The position numbers were made by a program, and so were the translations under genes. From an archaeon (GTDB lineage: Archaea > Iainarchaeota > Iainarchaeia > Iainarchaeales > JANQMZ01), in contig JANQMZ010000007.1 in NCBI GenBank assembly GCA_028279805.1, positions 510,001 through 542,000 of the forward strand: a stretch of 32,000 nt of DNA. Direction: 5' to 3'. Positions within the stretch are counted from its first letter, which is position 1. Each line of letters begins with the position of its first letter. The notes below the pieces were generated by a model, which did no database searches, was not told the DNA's origin, and saw only the letters and a list, made by a program, of their open reading frames with translations. Shown piece after piece: positions 31,244 through 32,000 of this stretch.

Positions 31244-32000
31244 TTATTTGAACATTAGGGCTCCGATGGCTGTCTGAATTCCTGAATTTTTGGAAAACAC
31301 AAATTTGATTTTTTTGTCCAGTATTTTTACTCTTTTTTTAATTATTTTTTGAACAATGCTCATTTCAGATAATTTTCCTCCGAAAACAATCCGGGAATGA
31401 TTAAAAGATTTGGCTGCAAAAACAGCATTTGAGCCAATTGACTGTGAAACCATGTTAATCAAGGCAAGAGCAATGTCAGATTTTTTAGGATTTTTTAAAG
31501 AACCAAAATGGGACGCTGTAGAATTAACATCGAGTAAGCCGATGCCTTTGGGATAAATTTCTTTCAAAGTCAGATCAACTTTTTTTAAATTTCCTTTTTT
31601 GGCAAGTGAAAAAAGAGCATTAACATTATTGATTCCCAAAAGCAATTCGGATAAACCCAGAAGAGTTTTTCCCCCTATTGCAGTTCCTCCGACATGTTTT
31701 ATTTTATTATTTTTAACAGAAACAAAAGCAGTTCCCGAGCCAAGTGAAACTGCAAGCACATTGTTTTTCCCGGAAACAAATTTTGCCCCGGTCCCTATTG
31801 CCTTAATTTCGTTCACGGTCTGAACAGGAATTCCTGAAATTTCTTTTTCAAAAAGATCAGCAAAACAGCCGGTTGCCTTAATTCCCGAAATTCTGTTTAT
31901 CGGGAAAGTTTTCAGCATTGAATAAAAATTTTTATTCTCAGAGGAAAAACTTTTCTTTTTTAAAATTTTATTTTTTTCCATTAAAACAAAATCGGTTGTG
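31244..32000 (-). CDS. type II (CoaW/eukaryotic-like) pantothenate kinase homologue, 5' end probably outside the window
   Basis: SLGSGTAFVS and VGGTAIGGKTLLGL match the type II PanK ASKHA motifs (compare VGTGTS and IGGGT in the staphylococcal enzyme), and the C-terminal SGIQTAIGAL also matches. The frame stays open upstream of the ATG at 31981 to the window edge (..TTDFVL M..). That stretch looks like the end of the phosphate-1 motif (DxGxTxxD), so the true start is likely beyond 32000. Confidence 0.6.
   Translation of the reverse strand, partial: TTDFVLMEKNKILKKKSFSSENKNFYSMLKTFPINRISGIKATGCFADLFEKEISGIPVQTVNEIKAIGTGAKFVSGKNNVLAVSLGSGTAFVSVKNNKIKHVGGTAIGGKTLLGLSELLLGINNVNALFSLAKKGNLKKVDLTLKEIYPKGIGLLDVNSTASHFGSLKNPKKSDIALALINMVSQSIGSNAVFAAKSFNHSRIVFGGKLSEMSIVQKIIKKRVKILDKKIKFVFSKNSGIQTAIGALMFK

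Noticed and set aside
1-32000. A search by eye for tRNA, rRNA, CRISPR arrays, transposases, integrases, toxin-antitoxin pairs and known defence genes.
   Set aside because: The non-coding gaps are all under 130 nt and none folds into a cloverleaf. There are no spaced direct repeats. No ORF shows DDE, tyrosine- or serine-recombinase, Cas or restriction-modification motifs.

Overview
This is an AT-rich, very gene-dense archaeal chromosome segment. Most ORFs are separated by 0-4 nt or overlap, many starts carry GAGG/GGTGA Shine-Dalgarno boxes, and the cytoplasmic proteins are lysine-rich. The gene content is PolD (DP1+DP2), Orc1/Cdc6, SepF, Kae1 and Bud32, r-proteins uS15 and eS1, CDP-archaeol synthase, SecD/SecF and Hel308. 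By inference this fits a small-genome Euryarchaeota/DPANN-type archaeon. About 19 kb is housekeeping: translation, tRNA modification, replication, division, protein export and lipid head-group activation. I found no rRNA, tRNA, CRISPR array, transposase or integrase. The stand-out region is 19328-28142, a gap-free, translationally coupled three-gene minus-strand operon. It encodes a 1335-aa N-terminally anchored protein made of repeated beta-sandwich modules, a 174-aa protein with a signal peptide and a C-terminal TM helix, and a 1429-aa secreted beta-helix/PKD protein. More than 1000 residues of these proteins match no family I recognise, so I read the operon as a candidate undescribed cell-surface or host-interaction apparatus. 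Secondary points are listed below.
- A 7-nt overlap couples CDP-archaeol synthase to a minimal (162 aa) archaeosortase-family gene, inside a SppA/SecDF export neighbourhood.
- A 39-codon ORF exactly fills the uS15-eS1 spacer.
- An isolated GC-rich hairpin plus a poly-A tract sits in front of uS15.
- Four convergent gene junctions have 0-3 nt of spacer.
- A PC4-like small protein lies upstream of Hel308.
- A bacterial-type (type II) pantothenate-kinase-like gene runs off the window end.
All functional calls come from motif recognition by eye, and no database search was possible.
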